Shown in pieces: positions 34,667-36,732 of a stretch of DNA of 36,732 nucleotides (position 1 is the first letter of the stretch; each line of letters begins with the position of its first letter). Position numbers and translations under genes: made by a program. The notes under the pieces were generated by a model. The model ran no database searches. It was not told the DNA's origin and saw only the letters and a program-made list of their open reading frames with translations. The DNA comes from a virus (taxonomy: Duplodnaviria; Caudoviricetes): positions 1 to 36,732 of IMG/VR virus record IMGVR_UViG_3300004106_000005; one strand, written 5' to 3'.

Positions 34667-35147
34667 AGCTAATAGAAAAACAATAACATTACTTTGTGTA
34701 GTAGCAGGATGCTTTAGCCAGATTAAAGATAGATGCAAAGCAAAGTCTCCTGTTTATAAAATAGCACAAACTGCTTATAATTATACAGTATGCACATTAG
34801 AAGCGTGGCCTTTAGATGTGGCAGATACAAATCCTAAAATATACAAGAAGAGTATTGAAATTGTAGGATTATGGGAAGAATTTATTCAACAGAGCCAATG
34901 GTATAAAGAAACAGGTAAGCTGTCTTTACTGTGCTTTTTAGCGATAGCAGATGCTATTGCTAATGATTTATTTGATACATATATAAAGTATAACTCTACC
35001 CGGCGTAGAAAGTTTAACCCAATATTTAAATTTATAGGAAAAATGCAAAATATACTAGATTTACCTGGTATTAAATTTGAAGAGTATCAAAAAGCGAGCA
35101 ACTCAGTAGTTATACTGAATAATTTGATAAAAGCAGCTGGATGGTAA
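34659..35147 (+). CDS. Hypothetical protein
   Basis: TTG start with AAGGAG SD; overlaps the 3D gene. Confidence 0.65.
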   Translation: MSKANRKTITLLCVVAGCFSQIKDRCKAKSPVYKIAQTAYNYTVCTLEAWPLDVADTNPKIYKKSIEIVGLWEEFIQQSQWYKETGKLSLLCFLAIADAIANDLFDTYIKYNSTRRRKFNPIFKFIGKMQNILDLPGIKFEEYQKASNSVVILNNLIKAAGW

Positions 35148-35232
35148 AAAAGTAACTTATGTAGCACATACGGAAAATTGTAATTTTGATCGGCAATATC
35201 TGCTGATCTTAAACATAGGAGGAAATACTAAG

Positions 35233-35352
35233 ATGGAAGAATTGATTGAAATCAACGGTGAAGTAGTTCGATGCCGTAAATATTCGGTGCAGAGGAGCGT
35301 CAACGCCTTCTGCCTGGCGAACCTGATGCCCGCCGAGGAGGACGCGGAATGA
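35233..35352 (+). pseudogene. Chimeric 39-aa ORF whose first 9 codons mirror the start of 36036..36377
   Basis: MEELIEING vs MGELIEING; AGGAGG SD; GC content rises after the shared segment. Confidence 0.5.
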
Positions 35353-35513
35353 CTGATATTACCAAATGTGGAACAACATCGTGTCCGTTAGCTGACAAGT
35401 GCTACCGCAAGATAGCACCAGACGACATATACGCGCAGGGCTACGCCTATTTCGTCTATTCGGACAAGGACGGAAAGATTGAGTGTAGCCATTTCTATGA
35501 GAGGGGCAAATGA
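35349..35513 (+). CDS. Small Cys-rich phage protein (54 aa, MTDITKC...CP....CYR...C)
   Basis: GAGGAGG SD; ATGA overlaps on both sides. Confidence 0.7.
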   Translation: MTDITKCGTTSCPLADKCYRKIAPDDIYAQGYAYFVYSDKDGKIECSHFYERGK

Positions 35514-35926
35514 GAATCTCAATTCCCGGTGAACCAATAGCCCAGCAGCGTCCACGATTTGCCAGACGGGGAAAGTTTGTCCATACCTATAACCCGCAGG
35601 AGACAGAGGCCGGACGTTGGCTATTGACAGCCAGACAGCAGATCAAAAGAAAGATGGAAGGGGCGCTAAAGGTAGAGATTGAGGCGGTATTCTCACGGCC
35701 TAAATCGCACTACGGGACAGGAGCTAACGCTACCGTGTTGAGATCAGCGGCAGCTAGGCATTGTACACACAAAAAGGATGTCGATAACATCGCTAAATTC
35801 GCGCTTGATTGCCTAAACGGTGAGGCGTGGGCCGATGATAAGCAGGTGGTGAGCCTCGCCGTAACGAAACGCTGGGCGGTGTGGGGTGAGGATGCCGCGA
35901 CAGAGATTGAGGTGTCGGAAATATGA
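35510..35926 (+). CDS. rusA: RusA-family Holliday junction resolvase (copy 2)
   Basis: PGEPI...RPR, RPKSHY, KKDVDN.AK..LD.LNG.AW.DD.QV. Confidence 0.9.
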   Translation: MRISIPGEPIAQQRPRFARRGKFVHTYNPQETEAGRWLLTARQQIKRKMEGALKVEIEAVFSRPKSHYGTGANATVLRSAAARHCTHKKDVDNIAKFALDCLNGEAWADDKQVVSLAVTKRWAVWGEDAATEIEVSEI

Positions 35927-36048
35927 AGAGAGGAAACTTCAAACAAAAGCGCCCCTGCCAGTATGAGGCTTACAGGGGCAATGATGATCAATGGGGCGTG
36001 TACCCAATACCAATCAAGAGAGGAGATAGCAAGTCATGGGAGAATTAA
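35923..36048 (+). CDS. Small hypothetical protein (41 aa)
   Basis: GAGGT SD; ATGA overlap with the rusA stop. Confidence 0.4.
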   Translation: MKRGNFKQKRPCQYEAYRGNDDQWGVYPIPIKRGDSKSWEN

Positions 36049-36364
36049 TTGAGATCAACGGGGTAGAATATGTGCGTAAACCAACGACCAAAGATAAAGA
36101 ATATGTAATTGTTAGGACATATTCTGCAGGTGTTTTTGCGGGATACCTTAAAACACGAAATGGTCAGGAAGTCGAGTTACTGGGAGCAAGGAGGATTTGG
36201 TACTGGGCAGGAGCAGCAAGTTTATCACAGTTGGCTATTGATGGAACCAATGATGCTAAAAACTGCAAATTCCCAGGGCCGGTGGCATCAATAATTTTAA
36301 CCCAAGCAATAGAGATTATCCCCGCGACAGCAAAGGCCACTAAGTCAATCAAGGCGGTGCCGGA

Positions 36365-36377
<13 letters not shown>
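36036..36377 (+). CDS. DUF6948-like (Sm/SH3-fold-like) phage protein
   Basis: [15 protein letters not shown]......[19 protein letters not shown]....C...EIIP motif; typically followed by Gly/Ser repeat ORFs. Confidence 0.8.
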
Positions 36378-36622
<245 letters not shown>

Positions 36623-36732
36623 GAAGGAATTGATTCAGCTCGGGGCGATGTGCATCAAAGCCTCCTACTCCCTTTGCAGTGAAACACTCAGGCAGCAGGC
36701 GGTAGTGGCGGAGATGGCGGATATTGACCAGT

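Overview
AT-rich genome segment of an N4-like podovirus (Schitoviridae-type gene order). Left part (minus strand): late/virion genes, namely portal, tail fibre with chaperone, adaptor, an intein-interrupted terminase large subunit and the small terminase. A non-coding region rich in repeats and hairpins (~11.4-12.7 kb) sits where N4-like genome termini usually lie, and it contains a RepL-like wHTH gene. Right part (plus strand): early genes behind two hairpin-promoter-like motifs, two-subunit RNAP II, an AAA/vWA pair, SF1 helicase, family A DNA polymerase, RusA, tRNA-Leu(UAA), exonuclease, primase, Sak4-like ATPase, SSB, ThyX and a mosaic accessory tail. The most striking signal is the DNA polymerase, encoded in three pieces in three different frames. 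One break is a gene split with Hint/split-intein-like ends. The other falls inside catalytic motif B and has the layout of a programmed translational bypass: an 11-bp perfect stem, take-off codon ACT, in-frame TAA, and a matching landing ACT 5 nt downstream. Skipping those 5 nt restores SKAPT-FALTYGG exactly. All family calls come from motif recognition and synteny by eye, not from database searches.
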